Source: Candidatus Poseidoniaceae archaeon | Lineage (GTDB): Archaea; Thermoplasmatota; Poseidoniia; Poseidoniales; Poseidoniaceae | Length of the DNA stretch: 32,000 nucleotides | NCBI GenBank assembly: GCA_943789275.1 | Contig: CALSTM010000001.1 | Span: forward strand, 30,001 to 62,000 | Direction: 5' to 3' | The notes under the pieces: generated by a model | What the model was told of the DNA's origin: nothing | The model's database searches: none | The model's input: only the letters and a program-made list of their open reading frames with translations | Program-made: the position numbers and the translations under genes | Part shown: positions 24,022-32,000 of the stretch, one piece after another | Position numbering within the stretch: position 1 is the stretch's first letter | Layout of the letters: every line of letters begins with the position of its first letter

Positions 24022-25049
24022 TGTAAGAACTCCTCCACAGTATCTTGAATACATACTTCAAACGATTCCCACTCGATGCCAAATACTTCCGTTGCCTTCT
24101 TCGAAGAAAAGTCAGCATCGCCCTCGAAGTATCCCTTCACTGCCTTTCGAGTCATGCGCCGTTGGGCACCAAAAAGGCCCATTACCCAATCTTGAAACAC
24201 GACGATAAACATCAGTGAACGAGGAATCGCTCTTCGAGAGGCTTTGGTATCTGGATATTGATTCTTAATGGCTTTACAGACTTCAGCGATGGTCTTGTTT
24301 TTGTGAGGTGCCACGATGAATCTCCCTTCGGCTTCTTCGATTTCATAGGCCAGACGGTGGGCTTTTGCAACATCTCGAACGTGGACAATCGGAATTGGTA
24401 TTTTTGGAACAACAGGGAACTTGCCTGCCATAGCATCTGGAAAGTAGTCCAGACTCGGTGTCGGTTTGACAAATCCACCTCCCAATACGCCTCCCGGATT
24501 AATGACTCGTAAATCGAGGCCGAATTGTTCCGCCAACTCCCAAGCCCGCTTTTCGGATTTAGTTTTCGCAACGGTGTAAGGAGAGGAGCTTCCGGTTTGC
24601 CAATCCTCCTCGGTCTTTTCACGGCCTTTCGGTGTGCTTCCAACTGCGGCTACACTTGAGGTGTAGACGATGCGAGGGATTTTCGCTTCATGGGCCGCAT
24701 GGAGCAAATGCGTCGTTCCTTTCACGGCGGTATCAATGATGATGTCAGCCTTGTCCGTGTTTGAATAAACTGTTGCGGTATGGAACAGTGCGTCACAACC
24801 CGAAATCGCTTCTGTCCATCCGTCAGCATCCAGAACATCGGCCTGAACCAATTCTAATCGTGTTTCACATTCCAAATCAATGGCATGTTGTCGAACATGG
24901 TCAACCTTCAACGGATCATCTAAATCCCGTACAGAACCGATGACATGGTACCCATGTTCGAGTAAATCTCGAACGATGTGGTTGCCGATATGACCGTTGA
25001 CCCCAGTGACAAAAATCTTCTTTGACGGCATTGGCTTGAGTCCAACCAT
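24018..25049 (-). CDS. NAD(P)-dependent epimerase/dehydratase-family oxidoreductase (extended SDR, aldehyde/dihydroflavonol-reductase-like)
   Basis: VTGVNGHIGNHIVRDLL is a GxxGxxG Rossmann motif. YTVAKTKSE is the catalytic YxxxK. Length is 343 aa. The alternative start at ATG 25031 (MPSKKIFVTG) is equally plausible. Confidence 0.85.
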   Translation of the reverse strand: MVGLKPMPSKKIFVTGVNGHIGNHIVRDLLEHGYHVIGSVRDLDDPLKVDHVRQHAIDLECETRLELVQADVLDADGWTEAISGCDALFHTATVYSNTDKADIIIDTAVKGTTHLLHAAHEAKIPRIVYTSSVAAVGSTPKGREKTEEDWQTGSSSPYTVAKTKSEKRAWELAEQFGLDLRVINPGGVLGGGFVKPTPSLDYFPDAMAGKFPVVPKIPIPIVHVRDVAKAHRLAYEIEEAEGRFIVAPHKNKTIAEVCKAIKNQYPDTKASRRAIPRSLMFIVVFQDWVMGLFGAQRRMTRKAVKGYFEGDADFSSKKATEVFGIEWESFEVCIQDTVEEFLQ

Positions 25050-25115
25050 GTACCTCGGATGAGAGATTTGGACTTAACCTTGAAGTGAGGTTGTTCACAC
25101 CGCTGGTTGATTCGC

Positions 25116-26606
25116 ATGCCAATTCGCCTGCACGATACTCGAAGGAAAAGCAAAGTCGAATTCTCGACGATGGAGCCTGGGAAAGTTTCGATGTACGTGT
25201 GCGGAGTGACCGTTTATGACCGATGTCACCTCGGACATGCGCGTTGTTACCTCGCTTTTGATTTGATTCACCGATGGCTTGAGAAATCTGGATACGATGT
25301 TCATTATGTCCAGAATTTCACAGATATCGATGACAAAATTATTGACAGAGCGAATCAGTTGGGTGGGGATTGGAAAGCGTTGGTGGATGACAACATTGCC
25401 ACCTACTACGAAGACATGGATGCGTTGAACATTCTACGGGCTGATGACTATCCTCGATGTACCGATTATGTCGACGACATGATTCGTATCACTCAAGACC
25501 TCATTGACAAAGGACACGCCTATCAAACCGATGAGGGCGTTTACTTCCACATCGATTCAGCACCTGAGAAATACGGTGTGCTGACCGGGCAAAACATCGA
25601 TGCTGTTCGTTCAGGCGCTGGTGGTCGTGTTGGTGCAACTGGTTCAGCAAAGAAAGATCACAAGGACTTCGCTTTATGGAAAGCAGCCAAACCCGATGAG
25701 CCCACATGGGATTCACCTTGGGGACCTGGTCGTCCGGGTTGGCACATCGAGTGTACCGCCATGTCAATGGATTACTTTGGTGCACAATTCGACATCCATG
25801 GCGGCGGCCATGACTTACGATTCCCGCACCACGAGGCAGAGATTTTCCAAGGAGAATGCCATACGGGGTGCAGCCCTGTTGTTCATCATTGGTTGCACAA
25901 TGGTTTTGTCAATATCGATGGAGAAAAAATGAGTAAATCTTTGGGTAATTTCTGGACCATTCGAGATATTTTAGAGAAAGTGGATGCCATGGTACTTCGG
26001 TTCTCACTCATCAACGCCCACTACCGTTCTCCCATCGACATGAACCAGACCATACTCAAAGATGCCGAGAGAAATTACAATCGCTTGTTGGAAACATACG
26101 TCAGCGTATTGAAAGTTTCTTCAAGTTCTCCAAATCCAGTCGACCTCCCTCATGCTGACATAACGAGCCAGCAACCCCTCTCTCGTTCCCTGGGACTTCT
26201 TGAGAAGATGGGTGAAGGTTTTGCACAAGCCATGGATGACGACTTCAACAGCCGGGATGCCATCGGTAAAGTGCTCGGCGCCGTTCGTCAAATGGCGAAA
26301 ACAATGGGCAGCGGCCTTGACCAAACCGACCAGCATGCTTTTGCTCACTATGCTGTTGATTGGCTCGAAGAAACTGCAGGAGCAGTACTTGGTGTACTTC
26401 CAACGCGAGAGATGGCCCTTGCCGAGCCGGAGGAAGACCCCCGGCGAGCAGAGGTCGCTGAACAGGTAGAACAGTTACTCATCGCAAGAACCGAAGCACG
26501 CGCATCCAAAGATTGGGGGAAAGCGGATGAGATTCGAGAGCAACTCAAATCGATGGGCGTAGTTGTCATCGACACTCCTGAAGGCCCGTCATGGGCGCTC
26601 GAGTGA
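25116..26606 (+). CDS. cysS: Cysteine--tRNA ligase
   Basis: [18 protein letters not shown] carries the HIGH-type motif. WHIECTAM and [11 protein letters not shown] are present, as is the KMSKS loop ([10 protein letters not shown]). The track start at TTG 25107 is three codons upstream of ATG 25116. Confidence 0.95.
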   Translation: MPIRLHDTRRKSKVEFSTMEPGKVSMYVCGVTVYDRCHLGHARCYLAFDLIHRWLEKSGYDVHYVQNFTDIDDKIIDRANQLGGDWKALVDDNIATYYEDMDALNILRADDYPRCTDYVDDMIRITQDLIDKGHAYQTDEGVYFHIDSAPEKYGVLTGQNIDAVRSGAGGRVGATGSAKKDHKDFALWKAAKPDEPTWDSPWGPGRPGWHIECTAMSMDYFGAQFDIHGGGHDLRFPHHEAEIFQGECHTGCSPVVHHWLHNGFVNIDGEKMSKSLGNFWTIRDILEKVDAMVLRFSLINAHYRSPIDMNQTILKDAERNYNRLLETYVSVLKVSSSSPNPVDLPHADITSQQPLSRSLGLLEKMGEGFAQAMDDDFNSRDAIGKVLGAVRQMAKTMGSGLDQTDQHAFAHYAVDWLEETAGAVLGVLPTREMALAEPEEDPRRAEVAEQVEQLLIARTEARASKDWGKADEIREQLKSMGVVVIDTPEGPSWALE

Positions 26607-26609
26607 ACT

Positions 26610-27104
26610 TCACTCTTCTTCGTTTCCTGACCAGAAGGGTACAGCACCAGCAGGTGGTGGTGCAGGAACGAATCCTGTTTCTTTCGTAACGGTCTTGGTA
26701 GCACCGTCGAGCGAATCATCGTCCCACATCTTCTCAATGTGTGCCTCTTGATTCAAGTTCAGTTCGTCACCGCCGTTTCGGCTGAGGAAAAACAGTCCGC
26801 CAGCAAGAACGGCCAGAACTCCAATCAGAAGGTACTCCGCGTTGCTTTCATCGGAATCGCCAGATGTTGAATCAGCTGTCGTGTCACCTGAATCGGAAGA
26901 ATCTGAATCGACCGTTCCGTCGGTTGTATCGGTAACATCGGTGTTGTCGGTTGTATCGTCCGCCGTTGCCGCCGGTGTTGCCAGTATTGCCATCGTTGCC
27001 GCCGGTGTTGCCAGTATTGCCATCGTTGCCACCGGTGTTACCAGTGTTACCAGTGTTTGCCGGGTCAGTTGACAAGTCGACATTGACACCGTTACGGTCT
27101 CCAT
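26610..27104 (-). CDS. 3' fragment of the LTD-amidohydrolase gene: acidic linker, TM anchor and short tail. Only the part below about 26960 is judged genuinely coding in this frame
   Basis: From about 26960 downward this frame reads DDTTDNTDVTDTTDGTVDSDSSDSGDTTADSTSGDSDESNAEYLLIGVLAVLAGGLFFLSRNGG...GFVPAPPPAGAVPFWSGNEEE. That is a typical acidic Thr/Asp/Ser linker, a TM helix and a tail. The track ORF N-terminus (METVTVSMSTCQLTRQ...AILATPAAT) is an out-of-frame reading of the Gly/Asn/Thr repeat. Confidence 0.7.
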   Translation of the reverse strand: METVTVSMSTCQLTRQTLVTLVTPVATMAILATPAATMAILATPAATADDTTDNTDVTDTTDGTVDSDSSDSGDTTADSTSGDSDESNAEYLLIGVLAVLAGGLFFLSRNGGDELNLNQEAHIEKMWDDDSLDGATKTVTKETGFVPAPPPAGAVPFWSGNEEE

Positions 27105-29310
27105 CTGCGTCCATGGAGATGTCGTAGTAGGCGTAGAGTTTGGTCAAGTCGATGTGGGTGTTGGCCCATGAGGAGCGGTTGATGACGTCGAAGTAACGTT
27201 CGTCTCCAGTGGTGAAAATTGGATCAACGGTCATGCTCTTCAGTTGTGAGACTCCAGTGTTGGCTGCATTCTTGCCGTCGAACTCCGTGTCGAGGTATGC
27301 TTGGACATCAGCATCGGTTTCCCATGCCACGTTATCCGGAGCAGACCAGTGCTGGCGAATGTCAGCGACATCGTTTCGCATGGCCATGGCCATTCCGGAT
27401 TCGATGCTTTCCCATGTTTGAGAGCCGTCGACTTCAGACATTGATGTAACGTCGACAGCCTTTGAGACGCCGCCACCGGTGATTGGCTCCCAATCATCTT
27501 GGTTGATAGCGGTCATGATATCGGTGTCACCAAAGACCGCTTTTCCTTGAACTACGGTCAATCGAACATCAGCATCAATCGCTTCAATCAAGTTTCGGTA
27601 TGGGTCGTCGTGGAAGGTGTCCATAACCACAATGTCAGCGTACATTCCAGCCTTGAGTTGTCCGACAAATGAGTCCCAGTTTGCTGCTTTAGCGGGGTTA
27701 CTGGTGACCATTGCAGCCAGTTCGTAGTCGGTGAAATACGAATCCATGACCTCTTGGTTCCAGAGGTCAGCAACTTTGAGTTCATGCAGGTTGTTCTTTG
27801 AACCGCTTGGACCCCAGTCGGGTGCCAGAGAGATTGTAAGGCCTGCAGCATCTGCAGCCCGTACATTGGTGGTGTTTCCGTAGAGAAGGAGATTGGAGAT
27901 TGGTGACCAGACCAAGTCAGCGCCAACCGTCGCCATCTTATCAAATTGGGAGCGGTCGAGTGCTGTTCCATGGATGACAACGGTTTCGTCCATGATGAGT
28001 CCCTTGTTCCACAATGCATCAAATTCAGATTTGCTGCTGCTGTCAACGCCTTCTGCCAAATGAACGAACCATGCGTTCAGTGAGCCAGATTGGTTTTGCG
28101 AAATCAAATGGCTTCCAGAATAATCGTCATCAGCAGCCCCGCACACAGCGCAAGTTGAAATGCCGTCTTGACCGAAATTGTACAATTCGACGTTACGAGC
28201 CAACATGCTGTCCCAAGCCGAAGTTCCTGAACCTGGTGAGCCTTGAATTGCAGTCACACCGCCGGCGACGGCTTGCACTTCTGCATACTTCATTTGTTCA
28301 CTTGCCATTCCCCATCGGCTGTTTTGTTGGATGTTGTTCTTCATCCAAGTGATGCTTGGACCGTAATCGTAGTTGTTACCCCACTGGTATCGGTTGGTGT
28401 ATCCACCCTCGTCCGAACGTTGACTTTCACTCAAATGAACGTTGAAATCCCACAATGGGATGTGGTTGTAGTGGACGTGGTTGTGCAAGTCAATGAGACC
28501 AGGGTAGATGGTACCGTTGGTTTCGATAATCTCTGCATTGGTAAGGTCAGCATTGACCGGGATCGATGAACTCGATGACCATACTGCTTCGATCATGCCA
28601 TCTCGAACCAAGACATTGCCTTGGTTCATCACGCTGTTTTCGCTTTCCATGGTGACGACTCGTCCTTTGAGGACGAATGCATCAGAACCCGCTTCAGCAA
28701 CTTTGAAACATTTTACGATGTTGAGAGCAACGGTTGAATCAGGGTCTCCTGGGCCCCAACCGGGGGACGGGTCGACTTCGATTGCGTTTCCGGATGAATC
28801 AATCACAATCGAGTTGCCGTAAAATCCGAATTCTTTCGGAATCGTCATTGAGTTCGCAAGTGTGTTTGAGGTATCGGTAATCGAAACGGTTTCTTCGTCA
28901 AAATAACTGAGGACAATGTCGGAGTCTGCACTGAACACCACGATTCTTTGGTCGGGTTCCATGACGGTATTCCAAGCAAGTTGACACGGAGGGCTGCCGG
29001 AGGTTGAGCTGAGTACCCAATCTGAAACATTCACTGGCGAAGAACCGGTGTTCCATAATTCAATGAATTGGTCGGAATACTTGCCGTAGTCTCCATCGTT
29101 GTTCCAATCTACTGCGTTGTAGATGTTCGCATTGGTGGCGTTGGATTTCAATTGGTTTGGGCTTCTGAAGAGTTCAGACACGACAATGTCGGAATTTCGT
29201 GCATCAACTTCGGCGACATTCATCGGTTCAAATGATTCTGGAGTCGAGGGAATCAGGGGTGCAAGGAACAGAACGAGAACCAGAAGCGTCGTCAGTTGTG
29301 CTAGGCGCAT
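26884..29310 (-). CDS. Secreted lamin-tail-domain (LTD) plus metal-dependent amidohydrolase-family protein, main (5') fragment of a frame-broken gene
   Basis: Signal peptide: MRLAQLTTLLVLVLFLAPLIPS, from ATG 29310. The track ORF upstream of this point overlaps the thioredoxin gene. The LTD-like segment is VVSELFRSPN...DWNNDGDYGKYSDQFIELWNTGSSPVNVSDWVL. Amidohydrolase signatures are PGLIDLHNHVHYN (HxH), HLAEG, VVIHGTAL and LAPDWGPSGS. The last 24 codons (RYNRQHRCYRYNRRNGRFRFFRFR) look like an out-of-frame reading of acidic codons. Confidence 0.8.
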   Translation of the reverse strand: MRLAQLTTLLVLVLFLAPLIPSTPESFEPMNVAEVDARNSDIVVSELFRSPNQLKSNATNANIYNAVDWNNDGDYGKYSDQFIELWNTGSSPVNVSDWVLSSTSGSPPCQLAWNTVMEPDQRIVVFSADSDIVLSYFDEETVSITDTSNTLANSMTIPKEFGFYGNSIVIDSSGNAIEVDPSPGWGPGDPDSTVALNIVKCFKVAEAGSDAFVLKGRVVTMESENSVMNQGNVLVRDGMIEAVWSSSSSIPVNADLTNAEIIETNGTIYPGLIDLHNHVHYNHIPLWDFNVHLSESQRSDEGGYTNRYQWGNNYDYGPSITWMKNNIQQNSRWGMASEQMKYAEVQAVAGGVTAIQGSPGSGTSAWDSMLARNVELYNFGQDGISTCAVCGAADDDYSGSHLISQNQSGSLNAWFVHLAEGVDSSSKSEFDALWNKGLIMDETVVIHGTALDRSQFDKMATVGADLVWSPISNLLLYGNTTNVRAADAAGLTISLAPDWGPSGSKNNLHELKVADLWNQEVMDSYFTDYELAAMVTSNPAKAANWDSFVGQLKAGMYADIVVMDTFHDDPYRNLIEAIDADVRLTVVQGKAVFGDTDIMTAINQDDWEPITGGGVSKAVDVTSMSEVDGSQTWESIESGMAMAMRNDVADIRQHWSAPDNVAWETDADVQAYLDTEFDGKNAANTGVSQLKSMTVDPIFTTGDERYFDVINRSSWANTHIDLTKLYAYYDISMDADGDRNGVNVDLSTDPANTGNTGNTGGNDGNTGNTGGNDGNTGNTGGNGGRYNRQHRCYRYNRRNGRFRFFRFR
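26965..27054. repeat. 30-bp tandem repeat: two perfect copies plus one diverged copy, in the Gly/Asn/Thr-rich part of the amidohydrolase gene
   Basis: GTTGCCGCCGGTGTTGCCAGTATTGCCATC at 26965-26994 is repeated exactly at 26995-27024. A diverged third unit lies at 27025-27054. On the coding strand the repeat encodes (GNTGNTGGND)n. Confidence 0.9.
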
Positions 29311-29400
29311 GCCATGGCGTTCCGCTGTGAGCACATGAACTCGTCGCTTTGATGGCTTGGAACAAACATGTTGAAGTAGCGCCGATATTGGAGAGATTTC

Positions 29401-29784
29401 ATGGCCTCTGTAGAGATTCTCGAACCGAACTTTTCCGACATCATTGACAACAATTCTATCGTACTGCTCGACTTCTGGGCAGAATGGTGTGGGCCATGCA
29501 AAGCCTACGGCCCCGTCTATGAGCGAGTTTCCGAAGAATTCCCCGACGTCGTTTTCGGCAAAATTGATACGGAAGCCGAACCAATGCTCGCTCAATCGTT
29601 CAACATCCGCTCAATCCCGACAACGGTTGCTTTCAAAGACGGAATAGGCGTTTTCATGCAACCAGGGGCTCTTCCAGAAGATGCTCTGCGCGACTTAGTT
29701 GTCAAACTTGGAGAACTGGACATGGACGAAGTCCGTGCCGAGATGGAAGAACAAAAATCTGCACAAAATGCAGAATCTGAGTGA
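29401..29784 (+). CDS. trxA: Thioredoxin
   Basis: The WAEWCGPCK active site is present in a thioredoxin fold of about 105 aa, followed by an acidic C-terminal extension. An SD-like GGAGAG sits 7 nt upstream of the ATG. Confidence 0.9.
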   Translation: MASVEILEPNFSDIIDNNSIVLLDFWAEWCGPCKAYGPVYERVSEEFPDVVFGKIDTEAEPMLAQSFNIRSIPTTVAFKDGIGVFMQPGALPEDALRDLVVKLGELDMDEVRAEMEEQKSAQNAESE

Positions 29785-29842
29785 TTCGCTTCCAATTCAA
29801 ACAGCCGGTGTGTTCAAGAAACATACCCTGTCCCGTTGTACC

Positions 29843-31651
29843 ATGAACTTCCGTCCATGGCTGATTTTGTTCGTGATGATGACCACCAGTTTGTCTGGAT
29901 GTTTCGGCGAACAACAGATCGACGAAGGCGGCATAGAACCTTCGTACGATGTTTATCCTGAACCATGGGAACGCAGTCAAATGCAATACGATGGTTCGGA
30001 TATTTATTCCCGTGTGACACAAAACGGTACATTCCCAATCGATGCTGTGCAGTCGGTTTATGTCGAAGTTCCAAGCATCACTGCTGCCGATGGCGGCTCG
30101 GGCTTGACCGGTGGTGCTGTCGTGCACCTCGGACTTTGGATGCCGGTGATTGAAGGCTGCGATTGGACAGCGGCTAACCTTTCAGCGGATTGCCAAGTTC
30201 CCGTTATTGCAGAAGTCGGACCGTATTACAACGACGGCGATGTCGACGCTCTTACTCCAGCTGACCGACTTGGTAAGTTTCTCATCGAGAACTACGTGCC
30301 CCACGGCTACGGTGTGGCTCAAGTTTCCGTGTTTGGAACCGGTGAATCGAACCACTGCATGGACCTCATGGGCACGGACGAACAACGCGGCATTGATGCT
30401 GCAGTGACATGGCTTGGTACTCAACCATGGTCCAACGGCAAAGTCGGAATGATTGGAAAGTCATACGACGGCTCAACACCATGGCAAGCAGCAACCTTTG
30501 GCAACCCTCACCTTGCGACCATCGTTCCTATGTCTGGACTCATCGGAGTCCACGAACTCATGTGGCGTAACGGAAGTATGGAAGCACGTGGTATGATCAT
30601 GCACAACGGTGTCTACGGCTCTTTTGGTGTCGATGGAGATGCTGAGGACCCGGAGAATCTGTGTGAAGGTTATCTGGAAGGCTACATCAACGGACCTGCC
30701 GCATATCTCTCTGGAGGTATGGTTGACTATGCAGGCAATACCTACTGGACCGAACGTTCGTTCCTTGAGCGAGTGGTTGAGAACTATCAGGGTTCAATTT
30801 ACATCATTCAAGGCATGCAGGACTGGAACGTCGACCCTCACATGGCTTTCCCGACGCACCAAATTGTTGTCGATGCAGGTATTGAAACCAAGACGCTCGC
30901 AGGCCAATGGGCCCATGATTATCCAGACCGAAAGTCAGGACACGAGGCTCTCCCATCCGGTGAAGGTGCTGAGGCTTACCCGTACACATTACGCTGGGAT
31001 TGGGCCGATGAAATGCTCTACTGGTTTGATTGGTATCTCAAGGGCGAAGGCCGTGCACCGACGCTCGGTGTTGAAATGCAAGACAACCGAGGTGGCTGGA
31101 GGTTTGAGTCCACTTATCCTGCAGAGGACACCTTCTACATGGAAATCGGTGCAGCAGACATGAACCCAAGCGGTGCTTCGATGGTAACGACTACCGAAAC
31201 AATCACGCTTTCTTACGGTCCTTTCGAAGAGGATGTTTACATCGCTGGAATGCCTACCTTCCATATCCCAATCACCACACACACAACCAACGGTGCTCAC
31301 GCCTATCTGGAAATGAGTGATGACTCAGGAATGCGCCTTGGCCATGCAGTCATGGATTTCAGATTCGCTGACGGTGGCCGCGATGGAGATGTCGCTCTTG
31401 GTGCATTTGTTTCGGTGACCGGTCAAATGGAATTCATGCCCATGGATATCTTCCTCTCGGCTGGTGAATCCATCCAAATCACCATGTCCCAAACCGGTCA
31501 AGATTACGTTCCTTCACCAGGTGCAATCGGTGGCTATTCAGTGAATTGGGCTGGTGCAACGCTGACCCTACCGTTGGTGAATCGGACATGTGCAGATTTG
31601 TTCCAAGCCCCAATGCACGAGTATTCGATCGATGCGCCTCGTTTGTGCTGA
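29843..31651 (+). CDS. CocE/NonD-family (S15, X-Pro dipeptidyl-peptidase-like) serine hydrolase, probable lipoprotein
   Basis: MNFRPWLILFVMMTTSLSGC is a signal sequence with an LSGC lipobox. VGMIGKSYDGSTPW is the GxSYxG nucleophile elbow of the S15/CocE family. Other family-typical segments are IIQGMQDWNV, the WFDWYLKG region and a C-terminal beta-sandwich-like part. The track ORF start at 29699 overlaps the thioredoxin gene. Confidence 0.8.
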   Translation: MNFRPWLILFVMMTTSLSGCFGEQQIDEGGIEPSYDVYPEPWERSQMQYDGSDIYSRVTQNGTFPIDAVQSVYVEVPSITAADGGSGLTGGAVVHLGLWMPVIEGCDWTAANLSADCQVPVIAEVGPYYNDGDVDALTPADRLGKFLIENYVPHGYGVAQVSVFGTGESNHCMDLMGTDEQRGIDAAVTWLGTQPWSNGKVGMIGKSYDGSTPWQAATFGNPHLATIVPMSGLIGVHELMWRNGSMEARGMIMHNGVYGSFGVDGDAEDPENLCEGYLEGYINGPAAYLSGGMVDYAGNTYWTERSFLERVVENYQGSIYIIQGMQDWNVDPHMAFPTHQIVVDAGIETKTLAGQWAHDYPDRKSGHEALPSGEGAEAYPYTLRWDWADEMLYWFDWYLKGEGRAPTLGVEMQDNRGGWRFESTYPAEDTFYMEIGAADMNPSGASMVTTTETITLSYGPFEEDVYIAGMPTFHIPITTHTTNGAHAYLEMSDDSGMRLGHAVMDFRFADGGRDGDVALGAFVSVTGQMEFMPMDIFLSAGESIQITMSQTGQDYVPSPGAIGGYSVNWAGATLTLPLVNRTCADLFQAPMHEYSIDAPRLC

Positions 31652-32000
31652 TCAGTCGAACATTGTTAGAATGTCTCGGAACAGTGTTTGGGCATGCCCT
31701 TCGCTTCGTTCAACCAATCGCTTCACAATCAATTCCGGTGTTGAACGAGCCAGATGGTTTCGCTTTGGTGTCCGGTCTACCATGAGTTCCAAATTGGCAT
31801 CTAAGCCAGTAGCCTCTATACCGTCAACTCTCAAGTCGTTACGTCCAGTCGCCTCCAGTATTGCAGGCGCTAGATGGGTGACAAGCATCATTGTCGTATC
31901 GTCTTGGGCTTCTGCAGCAAGCAGCATGCCTGCAATAATTCGGGCACCGGCACCAGGCTCAGTGATTGCTTCCAGTTCATCTGCAAGAATCAGTTTAGGC
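31652..32000 (-). CDS. MutS-family (MutS2/archaeal MutS-like) ATPase, C-terminal fragment (gene continues past the right window edge)
   Basis: The minus-strand reading frame is open to the window edge: PKLILADELEAITEPGAGARIIAGMLLAAEAQDDTTMMLVTHLAPAILE... LILADELEAITEPGAGA resembles the MutS Walker B region (hhhhDE-x-G-x-GT-x-P-x-x-G). A TH motif follows. The assignment rests on a short fragment. Confidence 0.45.
   Translation of the reverse strand, partial: PKLILADELEAITEPGAGARIIAGMLLAAEAQDDTTMMLVTHLAPAILEATGRNDLRVDGIEATGLDANLELMVDRTPKRNHLARSTPELIVKRLVERSEGHAQTLFRDILTMFD

Noticed and set aside
26965-27054. Direct 30-bp repeats considered as a possible mini-CRISPR array
   Set aside because: The units are contiguous with no spacers and lie inside a coding region, where they encode an in-frame GNTGNTGGND repeat. 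No cas genes are nearby.
1-32000. Scan for tRNA, rRNA or other structured RNA genes and for mobile elements
   Set aside because: The longest non-coding gaps (19512-19655, 13889-13991, 29311-29400, 18244-18329) show no cloverleaf-compatible arms or conserved RNA motifs that I can recognise. No transposase or integrase-like ORFs or terminal inverted repeats were seen.

Overview
Gene-dense (over 90% coding) chromosomal segment, almost certainly from an archaeon. It carries a two-repeat TATA-binding protein gene with a TATA box about 27 nt upstream of its ATG, a mevalonate kinase and a SepF-type division protein. Shine-Dalgarno-like GGAGG/GAGGTG boxes precede several other genes. The GC content (about 50%), tight packing and load of large exported hydrolases and adhesin-like proteins resemble uncultured marine planktonic Euryarchaeota (Marine Group II/III-like), but that placement is inference only.

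Housekeeping genes: glmS, maf, tbp, mvk, mutY, a class-I glutamine amidotransferase, an SDR epimerase/reductase, cysS, thioredoxin, a membrane-bound HdrD/GlpC-type Fe-S oxidoreductase, and partial ABC-ATPase and MutS-like genes at the two window edges.

Accessory or surface content: a rhomboid protease next to a 1,670-aa membrane-anchored subtilase; two tandem paralogous giant CARDB/PKD surface proteins; a lamin-tail-domain/amidohydrolase exoprotein; and a lipobox-bearing S15 (CocE/NonD) peptidase.

I found no tRNA, rRNA, CRISPR array, transposase, integrase or recognisable defence system.

Most notable observations:
1. A strongly conserved aromatic motif (GxPxGWTxEQWxHYGxQYLxAQ) closes the otherwise unalignable tails of both giant surface proteins. 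Weaker PPxP...W relatives occur in other proteins of the window.
2. The rhomboid sits next to a single-pass subtilase, and both end in zinc-ribbon-like tails.
3. Two, possibly three, single-nucleotide frame breaks occur, all in surface-protein genes.
4. mutY and the downstream amidotransferase share a reading frame, separated by one TAA. A strong SD is present but no canonical start codon precedes the conserved first beta-strand.
5. The second TBP repeat carries an insertion of about 22 aa.

All domain calls rest on motif recognition by eye; no database search was possible.
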